Assembly: GCA_043228905.1 (NCBI GenBank)
Contig: JBHGNT010000005.1
Coordinates: 9,858,001 to 9,922,000, forward strand
Direction: 5' to 3'
Source: Azolla caroliniana
Taxonomy: Eukaryota > Plantae > Polypodiophyta
Length of the DNA: 64,000 nt
Position 1 is the stretch's first letter, and every line of letters begins with the position of its first letter. Under the pieces are notes generated by a model. The model was not told the DNA's origin. It saw only the letters and a list, made by a program, of their open reading frames with translations, and searched no databases. Of the stretch, positions 1 through 12,130 are shown one piece after another. Both the position numbers and the translations under genes were made by a program.

Positions 1-418
1 CACGTGAACCGTGACTCGAACTCCTGGAGGAGCGCCGAAGCATTCTGACCCTTTTCAGGGCTGTTGACCCATTCCATAAAGTCCTTTCTCGATAGTCGGA
101 GCGAGTCTTCATAGTTGTATCTTTCGAGAACTTCCTCCGCGAACTCCGCCCAATCATTGCTGCCCGCTTGTATTTCGGTCATCTCTATATGGATGTGTGG
201 TATCACGACCCTGTCAGTCGTCTATCCTCGGGTATATTCCTCATCTACATTTTAGATTTGTAGGCTTCTAAGTAACTCGTGGCGTCTTTCCCACTGAACC
301 GACCTATCTTGTCGACCGTTGCTTCTATGGCCCTGTCGAGGGCACTCGCACCCTCGCGAGCGCTAAGCAGGCGGTCTACCGCCACCGCCATTGCTTCTGC
401 AAGTTCGCTCCCTCTCAT
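1..418 (-). pseudogene. gag: Gypsy gag N-terminal fragment (stop and frameshift)
   Basis: Manual translation: MRGSELAEAMAVAVDRLL...IGRFSGKDATSYLEAYKSKM*...WAEFAEEVLERYNYEDSLRLSRKDFMEW. It lies directly downstream of the PBS. Confidence 0.7.
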
Positions 419-442
419 TTTCAGATTCCTTTGCCGCCCCTC

Positions 443-460
443 TTCACGTCGGGTTCATCA
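443..460 (-). promoter_or_regulatory. Primer-binding site complementary to tRNA-Trp
   Basis: TGATGAACCCGACGTGAA matches 17/18 to the complement of the plant tRNA-Trp(CCA) 3' end as recalled (...TTCACGTCGGGTTCACCA). It starts 4 nt after the LTR's terminal CA. Confidence 0.8.
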
Positions 461-464
461 AATA

Positions 465-2219
465 TGTTGAGGAAATCCTTGCGAGGGTCTTGAACCATGA
501 GGGTCATGAACCAAGGAATCAAGAAGTGAGGAGGAAGAGTCTGTGGTTTAGGTGAGCCATGAGACTGCAGTTTAAATAGAAAGATTAGCGAAACGAGAGA
601 GAACACGTTCGCGTTCACAAGTGGAAGGATCGCGCATAAATGGAAGGATAAGGGAAATTTTAGGGGTTTTTCAATGATTTTACAAAACACATTGATACCA
701 GTATCATACAAGTTCAAACATACTATGAAAAAGGTTAAAAATCCACTATTTTCGTGATTTAGAAGTAACTAAAAAAAGACGAATTTCAAAAACATACATT
801 CTCAATTTATATCACAAACTTTACAACCAATGTTATTTTATAAGAAACGATTTTTGGGAAATCATAAGAATTCAAAACACATGATTTTATATTACTCGAT
901 TTGTTACAAGCGGAATGTAGTTACACTTAATAGCCAAATATACATTCATGATCACTCCTTTACGGAGAATCACTACTATAACTAATATACAATGACGATT
1001 CCTCCTCATCATCCTCGGATGTACCAATCAGTGCATTATCTTCGTCATAAACCAAATGGTTTGACTCTAGATTATATGTAGTAGATCTCGTTTGCCTTTG
1101 ACTCGAGCCACCTTGTAGACCTGGTAATTTTTCTTTTATTATATCTATTGTTGACTTCCTTAATCGTCCGGCTTTTGTAAGTGTGAAGTCGTACACGATG
1201 ATATCCACATCAGAGATATCAAGGGTCGAGGTGTTACGAATGTTTCGCTTCCTCTTCCTACCTCCCCTTCTTGTTTGGCATTCAATCATCTCCAATGTAT
1301 ACTTACCTGTAAAAGCATTTGCACTTCTAGTGTTGTACCAATGAACATTTATAGACTTGATCGTGTTATCTATTTCATGTCTAAACTTGCATGATTTCTA
1401 ATGATCTCCACTCGTAGATCTATCATGTATTTTTATATTTGCAAATTCTTATCAAGTTGAGGAACATGTGATACTAGTGCATCCAATTATTGTAGAGAGG
1501 GTGTATTTGCTTCGTTTTAAGAAGATTCTACAAGTGGAATGCGCAATCCTTCCACTTGTGAACGCGAACGTGTTAGAGATAGTGTAAGAGGAACGTGCGT
1601 AGACACGGGCACAGACAGATATGCTAAGAATAACTTGCGTTAGATGGATAAGCTTCTATTAATCAACATATGTGCGTGGCGTTGTGGGTGATTACAACCA
1701 GATCAGTGCCGATGTTTGAGCTTAGGCTCTACAGTAGTCAGATACGAAGATGAGTGGGCAGACAAAAGGTCGATCCCCTGGTTGGGAGCACTCGGGCGTC
1801 TGACGCGAGCAGGCGAAGCGTCGTCTGGTGGCACGTCGTAGGATTCCTCGTCTTCTTTGGTCTCTGTTTCCCTTCTCCTCTCTCTTTTTCTCCGTCTCTT
1901 TCCTCTTTCTCTCTAAAAAATGACATCCCATGAGCAGTTAAAGGTCGCCCCTTTTATAGCAAAAGGAGCGACCGTTACAAAGCATTCATGACTTGTCGTT
2001 TTCCCTTCCTAGATTTTCCCCCCTGATTCGATCTTCTCGTAACTCTCCCTATTTACGCGACGTATGAATCCCTAGTAGTGCCTTAACTACCTAGTACACC
2101 TCCTTTTTCCTATGCCTAATACTTACACTATCTAATTCACTAGGGGTATGCACTTGTGCACACCAGTGCTCCCGTGCGTTTCACATTGTTTCCACCGATG
2201 GCCCGAAATCTTCACAACA
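465..2219 (-). repeat. Gypsy 5' LTR (about 780 bp after removing the 602-1574 insertion)
   Basis: TG...CA ends, CTATAAAAGG TATA on minus near 1955, start similar to the LTRs ending at 50740 and 61677. Confidence 0.8.
602..1574. mobile_element. Non-autonomous TIR DNA transposon (973 bp) with a residual C-terminal ORF
   Basis: 36-bp TIRs AACACGTTCGCGTTCACAAGTGGAAGGAT(C/T)GCGCAT at 602-637 and 1539-1574 (1 mismatch). AGAG on both flanks (598-601, 1575-1578). AT-rich interior with ORF 960..1295(-). Confidence 0.85.
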
Positions 2220-5200
2220 ACGGTTGTGTCCGGATGGGGAATGAAGGTACATGCCGCATTTTCGGCATAGGAGACGTGTGGCTATCAACACCAACTGGAT
2301 CCAAGTTGCTGCTAAAGGATGTTTGTCACGTCCTGGAGGTTCTACTTAACCTAATATTAGCCAGTCGGCTAGACGATGAAGGCTACACGGGTAGCATCTG
2401 GAACGGAGTCATGACGTTCAGCACATGGAGCCTAATAGTGGCTCGGGCCCAGAAGGTCAACACTCTGTACGTAATGAATGCCCAGTTATGCTGGGAAGAA
2501 GTGAATGTTTCATCCAACACTACCGGTGAGTTGTGGCACAAGAGATTGTGTCACATGAGCGAGAAGGGGATGAAGAGGCTTGCCGATGACAACCTCATTC
2601 CGGTGAAAGACGTGCATCTTGAGAAGTGCACCGATTGCCTAGCCGGTAAGCAAAACAGGACCTCCTTCTGCTCAAAGCCACCGATGAGACGTAATGCACC
2701 ACTGGAGCTGGTGCATACCGATGTGTGTCAAGTGGACACGAAGTCACATGCCGGAGGGCAGTACTTCGTGACGCTCATAGACGACCACAACCGAAAGTTG
2801 TGGGCCACACCGCTGAAGATGAAGGATCAAGTGGTATACGTCTTCAAGGAGCTCCACGCGAGAATGGAAAGAGAAACCGGCCGGAATCTGAAGGTGGTTC
2901 GAGCAAACAATGGAGGTGAATACCGGGGGTAGTTTGAGAAGTATTGCCGCTCGAAGGGAATCCGGCTCGAATTTACTGTGCCGAAGACGTCGGAACTAAA
3001 TGGGCTAGCCAAGAGGATGAACCGGACCATAATGGAGAGGGTCCGGAGTATGCTGGCACATACAAAGTTACCCAAGATGTTTTGGGCTGAGGCGCTGGTG
3101 ACACCGACGTATGTGATAAATAGATCACCCTGAGTGCCCTTGGATGAAGACACACCATAGAGAGTGTGGACCGATAAGGAGGTGTCTTACCGTCATCTGA
3201 AGGTGTTCGGGTGTCTTGCTTACGTGCATGTCACAAATGACCGGAGAGAAAAGTTGGATCCAAAGTCCCGGCCTTGCATATTCCTTGGAAACGGAGATGA
3301 TGAGTTCCACTACCGAGTGTGGGATCCGGTCAACAAGAAAGTTTTCCGAAGTCGAGATATTATCTTCATGGAGGACAAGACCCTTGCCGATTGGGAGTCG
3401 GAGAAGAAGATAATGAACTCCGAATCGACTGGTAAGGATCGGTTTGATGAGATGCAAACCCAACCGGCAAAGAGCCGGTAAACACTCGAAGAACCGGCCG
3501 GTTACGGAGAGGACACCGAACCGGCAGAAGAAGAAGAGGAAGCAGAAACCGGAACCGGCCAAGACCCCGAATCGGATTCGGATGAAGAACAAACAGAGGA
3601 GTCGGTTGCTAAAAGCCAAGGACGCAGATATCCTCTTTGAGAGAGAAGGGCCCCCCGGAGATTTCCGGATGAAGAGCGCATGTTGCTAACTGATAAGGGG
3701 GAGCCGGAAAGCTTCGAAGAAGCAAAGGAGGACACCCACAGCCGCAAGTGGTTGAGTGCCATGTAGGATGTGATGGTTTCCCGGCATGAGAACCACACGT
3801 ATGAACTGGTGGAGTTGCCGAAAGGAAAGCGGGCACTCTGGAATAAATGGGTTTACAAGTTGAAACCGGGAGATGCCGGCAACCCCCCGAGATACAAAGC
3901 CAAGATCGTGGTAATGGGGTTCCAGCAGAAGAAGGGAGTGGACTTCTACGAGATATTTGCCCCAGTAGTAAAGATGACTTCCATCCGGACGGTGCTGAGT
4001 ATAGTAGCAAGCATGGACCTCAAGGTAGAGCAGTTAGACGTGAAGACGATGTTCCTGCATGGTGACCTCGAAGAGGACATCAACATGCAGCAACCTGAGG
4101 GATTTTTCAAGAAAAGGAAGGAGCAACTGGTTTTCCGGTTGAAGAAGAGCTTCTACGAGTTGAAGCAGGCTCCTCGGCAATGGTTCCGAAAGTTCGACTC
4201 CTTCACGACGGATCAAGGATACCACAAAACGCAGGCCGATCACTACGTGTTTGTGAAGAAGTTTGAAGGTGGAGACTTCCTGATACTCCTCTTATACGTG
4301 GACGACATGTTGATCGTCAGAGGAGACTAAGTCAAGATACGGACATTGAAGAAGGCTCTAAACCAGACCTTCTCAATGAAAGACTTGGGTCCGGCGAGAC
4401 AGATAGTGGGGTTGCATATGATCCGGGACCGGTCAAAGAAGCAGTTGTGGCTGTCACAAGAGAAGTACATGAGAAAGGTACTTCAACGATTGAACATGTC
4501 CGATGCGAAACCAGTTAGATTGACACTCCCGGCAAATTGCAGGTTATCCGGTAAGCAAAGCCCAAAGACAAAGGCAGAGAAGGCGGATATGATGAAGATA
4601 CCATATGCCTCTGTCGTCGGGAGCTTAATGTACGCAATGGTGTGTACCCGACCGAATATCGGATATGCAGTCGGAATGGTGAGCCGATTTATGAGCAATC
4701 CTGGCAAGGAGCACTGAAACACGGTGAAATGGATACTCTGATACTTGAAAGGCACCTCAAGTATGTGTCTCCGATTGGGCTTCGGTAAATCCCAACTCAA
4801 CGGTTTCACTGATTTGGATATGTCGGCTGATGCGGATACTAGCTGGTCCACATTCGGATATGTCATCACATACGCGGGGGGAGCTGTTTCGTGGCAATCG
4901 AGGTTGCAAAAGACGGTTGCATTGTCAACCACGGAAGCGGAGTACATGGCAGTTGTGGAAGCCGGCAAGGAAATGCTATGGATGAAGGACTTCATCGGAG
5001 AGGTAGGGATCCGGCAAGAGGAATACCGGCTCTATTGCGATAGTCAAGGTGCCATCCACCTTGCGAAGAACGCGGCGTGTCATTCCAGGATGAAGCACAT
5101 CCAACATAGGTACCACTATATCCAGGAGCGAGTTGAAGATCAAGAGTTCGTGCTGACGAAGATCCACACGGAGGAGAACGGGTCAGATATGCTTACCAAA

Positions 5201-5838
5201 GTGCTGACACCCGACAAGTTGGACGCATGCCGAAGTGGATCGGATTGACGAGGCATCTCATGCCGGAGTGAAGGGGGAGTTTGTTAGGATTTCGGTCCCT
5301 CCGGATGGGATGATGAAGGCCCGGTGAGAATCGGATGTTGCAGGCCCGGTGAGAACCTCTCACCGGATGAAGGGACATTTATGTAAATATGTTCCAGAGA
5401 GCCCATAGGGGCTATATTTGTAAATAGCCCGAAATTCATATTAGTATAAATATGACCTAGGGCAAACAGTAACTATGTGTTGTGATTATTTTTGTATACA
5501 GTTATTGGTGTAACTGTTGTACAGTGCGTAGCAGAAGAAAAGAGAGAGAGAGAGAGAGACAAAGTGAGTCTCTGTTGTAACCGCCGCCTGGCGAAGATCG
5601 TGAGTACGAGGTCACTGCCTCCACGCTTATTTGATGTATGCCTCTCTACATAGTGATAGTTTGGGGTTTGTGGGCTCTCGTGGTTTTTCCGCATTTAGGG
5701 TTTTCCACAGAAACATACTATGTACTTTCTTCTGCTCTATTGTTTGTGTGTATAGGTGTATTTCTTCCTATTCCCATCTTTCTGTGGTTGATCCTGAGAC
5801 TCGGTTGTGGCCGAGCAATATTCCGCATATTCACGTCA
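2220..5838 (+). mobile_element. Copia A (Tnt1/Tork-like): degenerate PR-INT-RT-RH plus 3' LTR 5282-5838; 5' part lies outside the window
   Basis: WHKRLCH and C..C, LELVHTD, RYKAKIVVMGF, QLDVKT, LYVDDM and STTEAEY motifs with many stops. PPT GAAGGGGGAGT at 5270-5281. LTR TGTTAGG...CGTCA. Confidence 0.92.
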
Positions 5839-7900
5839 GAGTAGAGTTGGTAGAGACATTCGAACGAGAGCCGACAACGAGTGGAAGGAGATACCCACTC
5901 CGAGACAGGAGAGTACCGACAACATATGCCAGTCAATACATCCTTTTGACTGATGAAGGTGAGCCAAAGTGCTATGATGAAGCCATTGCCGATGAGCACA
6001 AAGAGAAATGGCTGAGCGCAATGCAAGATGAGATGGACTCCTTGCATGAAAACTACACCTATGACCTGCTAGAATTACCGAAAGGTAAGAGAGCACTCCA
6101 GTATAAATCCCGCATTGTGGTGAAGGGTTTCCAATAGAAAAGGGGTGTCGACTTGGACGAAATATTCGCTCCAGTCATGAAGATGACATCCATTAGAACT
6201 GTTCTGAGCATAGCTGCCAGTATGGATCTGGAGATCAAACAGTTGGATGTCAAGACGACATTGTTGCATGGGGAGCGAGATGAAGAGATCTACATGTAGC
6301 AGCCTGAAGTCTTTGTGGAGAAAGGGAATGAGAATCTGGTGTGTCGACTGAAGAAAAGCTTGTATGGTTTGAAACAAGCTCCATGCTAGTGGTACACGAA
6401 GATCAAATCCGTCATGGTGAAACATGGGTTCCAGAAAACACAGGCGGATCACTGTGTGTTTGTCAAAAGCTACGAAGAAGATGATTTCTTGATTCTCTTA
6501 TTATATGTAGACGAGAGGCTAACAAGTTGGTCAAGACACAAGGGAGATCAAAAGCTTGAAGAAGGCTCTAGGCAAATCGTTTGCCATGAAAGATCTTGGA
6601 CCGGCTAAACAGATCTTGGGGATGCACATAGTTTGGGACAGAACTATGAAAGTGTTGTGGTTGTCACAACAAAAGTATGCGACAAATATCCTAGAAAGGT
6701 TCAACATGTCGGACGCAAACAAGTCGGTTCAATATTGCCGACAAACTGCAAGTTGAATGCCAGGAAATGCCTAAGAGTGGAGAAAGAAAAGGCTGAGATG
6801 AAGAAAGTATTGTATGCCTCAGTCGTCGACAACTTAATGTATACTACGGTCTGTACGAGACCAGACATGGCATTTGTTGTGGGAACAGTAAGCTGATATA
6901 TGAGTAATCCAGGGCGAGAACACTGGGCAACGATGAAATGGATACTCAAGTACTTAAAAGACACCTTGGGTGTGTGTCTTAAGTATGGTGTCGGAAAACC
7001 CATGCTCGAAGGGTTTCCTGACTCGGACATGTCGGGGGATGTAGACTCAAGCCAATCCACATCAGGGTACGTGATGACCTATGTAGGGGGAGCAGTGTCG
7101 TGGTAGTCACGATTGCAAAAGTCGGTGGCCTTGTCGACCACAAAGGCACAATACATGGCAACGGTAGAGGACTGCGAGGAGCTGATTTGGATGAGAAACT
7201 TTCTCTACAAGTTGGGGATGAAGCAAAGAGATTTATTGCTTCATTGTGACAACTAGAGTGCCATACATCTAGCCAAGAATGCCGCATACCACTCCCAAAC
7301 CAACAATATATAGAGAAGGTATCACTAGTTATGGGAGAAAGTCGAAGAAGGATAATTTACCCTCATAAAGATCCATACTGACAACAATGGATCCGACATG
7401 CTGACAAAGAACCTACCAATGGACCGACTCAGAGTCTATCGACAGAGGATAGGAATAACGGACTCCTACCCACAGGAGTGAAGGGGGAGTTTGTTAGGAA
7501 TATGTCCCTCCAATGGGAGGAGCCGACTGCTCGAAGACTAGTTGAATGAGAGCCAATGGTTAAGGAATCAACTCAGAGAGAGTTGATTGAGGTCGAAGAC
7601 ATGACCGACTAGTTGGGCCGACTGAATGGTCAATGACCAGGCCAACTAGTTGGACCGACCCAAGAATCGACGAATGAGTCGGCCGATTAGTAAGACTATT
7701 ATTAATATTACATAATAATATGAATGATAGTAGAAGTGGCTACATTTGTAAATAGCCTATACAGGGTATAAGTATAAATACACTTAGGGAAAACAGTTTG
7801 ACATGTAGGAAAATAGTGAAGAGCGTGAACGGGAGGAGACAAAGTGAGCGGCGCCATAGCTGTGTTCAGTAACCGCATACGCCAAGAGCCCTGCAAGGTT
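5839..7900 (+). mobile_element. Copia B: degenerate RT-RNaseH, PPT and truncated 3' LTR from 7492; host of copia A
   Basis: YILLTDEGEP, KSFAMKDLG, CTRPD motifs. PPT at 7480-7491 followed by TGTTAGG. LTR is rich in CCGAC; its end is not identified. Confidence 0.85.
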
Positions 7901-8110
7901 GTTTACACTTTGAATATTAAATGATCCATCGATAAAAGAATTAGTTGATTTTGATGGTCTCAATGGAAACCTAATATCTGTACTAGTAAATAATCTCCGT
8001 AATAGTTTAGTCAACATGAGCAGGTCAGAAGATGATCTTGTCTTAAAAAGGTCTAGTCTAATGATGTTACTTATTAATAGTGGTGTTCACGATCTTAACA
8101 TCAATGTGCT

Positions 8111-8313
8111 AGAGTAAGAAGCATGTTGTCGCATGTTAAGGTACCAAAATCATACTGGATTGAGGCGATGTATACAACCATTTATCTAATCAACAGTTCT
8201 CCCTCAATGCCATTGAAAGGTGATGTCCCATAGAAGGTGTGGACAGGAAAGGATGTCTCCTACTGACACCTGAGGGTTTTCGGATGTCTAGTGTACATGC
8301 ATGTGACTAAGGA
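8111..8313 (+). pseudogene. Isolated copia integrase fragment
   Basis: RVRSMLSH.K.PKSYW...YLIN.SPS.PLKGDVP*KVWTGKDVSY*HLRVFGCL, homologous to 19380-19570. Confidence 0.75.
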
Positions 8314-8589
8314 ATTAGTGGTCATTGCTTCGTGGATAAAAGGTACTATTCAAAACATGTACCTTGTGCTTATTTAAAAATACACTTAAAAGTGGATAAT
8401 ATGCCTACCTTGGAGGTGATTTCACATTGTGCACCATAGACAACACACGTAAGCGTTCACATTTGTTTGTGATATTTTTTTTCTGCAATCCCTTCATCTC
8501 ACCAAGGGTAAGTTCTCGATATTTCTATTTACAATCATCATTGTACTAACAAATCACGATCTAGGTGCAAATTCCTAGGAACGTGCAAA

Positions 8590-8900
8590 TTCTTACAAGC
8601 TATTTTTTGTAATCTCTCCCATGCTTATTACATTTGTATAGAGTTGTTGATACATTCCTTTGCAATTGTCATCACACCAAATATTTTGGGGATATATCCC
8701 ATAAATGTGACATCTAGAGGATGTGTGGAAAAGAAAACTATTGATGGAAGGTGTGAAGTATAATAGATAATTGATAGGTGAGAGATTTTGGGGTGTGGTT
8801 TTTGCTCGTGGGACATGTTGACTATAAGTTTTTGCTAGCCCATGTGCAAAGTGGATGATTGTGTGTATGGGCAACGTAGGTGATGATGGAGAAGGTGGTG
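8590..8900 (-). pseudogene. Degenerate RTE/RTEX-like LINE fragment
   Basis: TIIHFAHGLAKTYSQHV and PQNIWCDDNCK resemble TIIHFTHELADIYSRHV and PQNKWYDEDCR in ORF 45079..45684. Confidence 0.6.
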
Positions 8901-9226
8901 ATGTTGTGCTGATGCAAGGATTATGGAGGGTATCAATTACATAGGGTGGGATGGTGTATGTTTTGATGGTTTGAGACACACACACAAGTATATCATCCAC
9001 ATTACATATCATTGTGATTGACTACCTTAGATATTGGGGTCCATGATAGAATTGGAGTATGAGAAATGGGTGGTGGTTTGATGGTGTGCATGGGGGTACT
9101 GCAACAAATTTGTAGACTAAATGGAGATTTGGTCTGGCCTTTTTAACAAGTAAGCACCGTGGGCATATTGTCTTCAAATGAATTGCCTTTATGCCACTTT
9201 GTCTAACAATAACATAGTGGGTTTTT

Positions 9227-9727
9227 TGTTACGGGCATGACCATATAATATCCCGTGCTGAGAATTTACCGTAGTATTCTATACACGTGGATAAGTGTGA
9301 GGGTTAAACGAGAATGTAAAGAAGGGGAGGATTACTTTTAATCCTCAGGATTGAGACAACCCATTAGGTCAAGTGTGAACTTGCCTGGTGGCCTTGGGTA
9401 TCGCTATAAATAAGAGGCCTAGCTACCCTCATTTCATCATCTTTTGACTACGTCGAGACTCTATTTCGTGGTGGTTCAACTCTTGTAGCGAACATGCCAG
9501 CACCAGGTGGTATTGGACTCGACGCCACGACGGTGGTATGGGACACTGATTGAGGCTGGAGTCCGTCTGATCCCTTCACTCGGGGGTGGTCGGGTGGATC
9601 GGCACCCTTCTTTCTCTCTCTCATTTCTATCTATCTATCATTCTTTTCTCCTTATCATACGCTTACATTAGATCATATCTCTAATATTTTTCGTGGCATA
9701 ATATCATCACTATTGTAGTGGGTGACA
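9227..9727 (+). repeat. Probable solo or remnant LTR
   Basis: TGTTAC...GTGACA termini and internal CTATAAATA TATA box; no TSD match. Confidence 0.45.
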
Positions 9728-10697
9728 AGCTTTCTTGCTTTAAACAAAAAAAACAACTTTATGAATGTGAAACATGAACCACAACAACTTATTGTTGACT
9801 CTCCTCTCAACCATTCAATATAAACTCACTCCCCCACACCTTGACTTTATTCTTATGTTTCACACATAGGGCTTTACATTGACGGCAAGCCTTCATACAT
9901 GTTTACGAATTCCATGTTGAACCACCCAAATTCTCCCAAGAAGTTTGTTTGGGATGTGGTGGATGAGGGGGAAATAATGATTCTCCCTTTATTTGTTATC
10001 ATAAAAACAATTATGAGTTTTAGTTATGCCTTCTACTATTGTTTGTCCAACCATTGATATTGTAGTGGTGAATTACAATTATTTAGGAAGTGCATTTGTG
10101 TGTTATTATGATTCATTTGCTAGATATCCGTAAGTGGGGTTGAATATGAACATATTTGTAGGTAATTAGTTTGTACGACACAAACTTTATCTTAAAGAGG
10201 GTTGAGGATGAGAGGCAGACATGAAATATATATCTTGTTGCCTTTCTTACAACATTTCAATTATGTGAATTTAAATACAACCCCCATAGGTCATATTTGA
10301 CCTCCACGAACAATAATAAAGATCGATATATCTATAAGAAAGCATTGCATACTTAGGAACATGATTATACTTGGACTTCCTTCTTGCTCCATGATAAATG
10401 GTTTATTGCAACCTAGAAATCATACGATCAGGCCAAGAGAACAAATATTACTCATGAACGTTTCGTAGAAATATAAATTCCTGTTTTATATTGATGTTGA
10501 ATTTGGTATGCTTTCCTAATTTTGATGAAGTTAGTTATTCCCATAATTTCTTTCAAATTCTAGATCTTGATATTAAATTACAACATATATTTGTTGTTAG
10601 ATCTGACAATCTCTTTTAATCTCCGATCTTTGGTTGAGGCCATAATCTCGTTTCTATTCTGGTGCAATTTACGGTGTATATGATGGAAATGTGTCTT

Positions 10698-11167
10698 TGT
10701 TGAATAACATGATAGGTAGTTCCTATAGAGAGGGATCAAATCGAGGTGCTATATCGTTGAATATGTCAAGATGACTTGTAAAAGAGAGAATCCTCGATTA
10801 TATTGGATCACCACATCTATACTTCTTATATAATGTTAGGGGAAGGAAGGATCGAGGTGCTACAAATAGAGTTTTGTAATGCTTAATTTTATGTTAGAGG
10901 AGAAGTCATGTGTGAGAGAGATAGAACTCGAGATATGTAGAATCCTCTATATATGAAGATATGGCTAACACTTCAATGCGATTGAAGAGATTCTCACCAT
11001 ATTCATACCTGGGTGCCATCAGAGCTCTTTCATTCAGTCTTGATTCAGATCGCATCATCTTATTACTTTTCACACTTTTCGTGTTCCTCTATCTTGAATG
11101 TAATCAGATCCCTCAGTCATTGTTGTTATATTACCAAGCTGAAGTTTTCCACGATTTATTTTCTACA
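10698..11167 (+). repeat. Possible copia-type solo LTR
   Basis: TGTTG...CTACA ends, TATATAT box, and the GTTTTCCACG motif shared with the copia LTRs. TSD not convincing. Confidence 0.35.
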
Positions 11168-11223
11168 TTTTCTTGACCTTTTAAGGGGGAGCTTGATGAC
11201 ATTTCCGAAAATCTAGATTTGTT

Positions 11224-11530
11224 TTACACTCCTCTTGAAACCTCGTGCTTTCCAGATTCATATCCCTGAAAAACTTCAGTTGTTACATATTGATGAATCT
11301 TAGAAACGTTATCGTCAACATTTTGCAGTTTGTTCTCTCTATGTTGTTTTAGCGCTAAGATATATATGCCTAATTTCTTTATATCTAGAGTATCTAATAA
11401 TGGGGACGGTGGGAGAGGGACCGAGTATGTCTCGTATTTTGTCCTTATCTCGGCGTAAGTTGGACACTTGCATGTTAAGTGGAACTCATCCTCTATCTCT
11501 ATGTGACATAATCTACATAGGTGAAAGCAT
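11224..11530 (-). pseudogene. 3' end fragment of an RTEX-like LINE (C-terminal Cys/His motif)
   Basis: LCRLCHIEIEDEFHLTCKCPTYAEIR is nearly identical to 47690-47775. Confidence 0.8.
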
Positions 11531-11779
11531 GGGAGTGGGAACAATTAGTTGTGTCCTTGACATTGCTAATTAGCTATGCAAAAAGCTACCACTGATTTAG
11601 CCTTTTTGCACCATGAATGGAAACATTAGAATGTTTTAATTATATAAATGAGCAACATAAATGGAAACCATAACTAGAAACATTAGAATGTTTTAATGAT
11701 ATAAATAAGCACCATAAATGGAAACAATAATTATAACCAAATTCATAGGTCCATTATGCATGATCCATTGTCACATCAT

Positions 11780-12130
11780 GTTGACCATCACTTTATGAAT
11801 ATTCAGGCTAGATTGTTGCCACTGTTTGCTTCGATTGAATTCACTCCTCCATTGCCACCATTATACGCTTAGTTGCCACCACTGTTCGGTCATGGATTGT
11901 TGCCATTGTTCGCTCCGACTGAGTTAGCTCCTCCGTTGTGGCCATTGTACACTCAATTTTCACCATTGTTCGGTCCTCGATTGCTTCCATAGTTCACTCC
12001 TCGATTGTTCCCACAATTCGCTACACGGTCCGCTGATGATTTTACTTGCATTGGGTCTCAGTATTGCTGTTAGCCACTTGTAGCTTCTAAAACCACCACT
12101 TTCAAACACTTGGCCGCCACTATTCACTCC
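11780..12130. repeat. Degenerate short tandem repeat (GCCACTGTTCG-like units)
   Basis: Repeated gcca(c/t)tgtt(c/t)g units. Confidence 0.4.

Larger units (their letters stand above)
1..2219 (-). mobile_element. 5' part of a Ty3/gypsy LTR retrotransposon (5' LTR, PBS, gag N-terminus), inserted into copia A
   Basis: On minus: TGTTGTGAAGATTTCGGG (2219) ... CCTCAACA (465), a 4-nt spacer, the PBS, then ATG at 418. Copia protease sequence (ACGGTTGTGTCCGG) resumes exactly at 2220. Confidence 0.85.

Noticed and set aside
7900-8590. Possible DNA-transposase fragments in AT-rich sequence
   Set aside because: Too short and degenerate to assign without a search.
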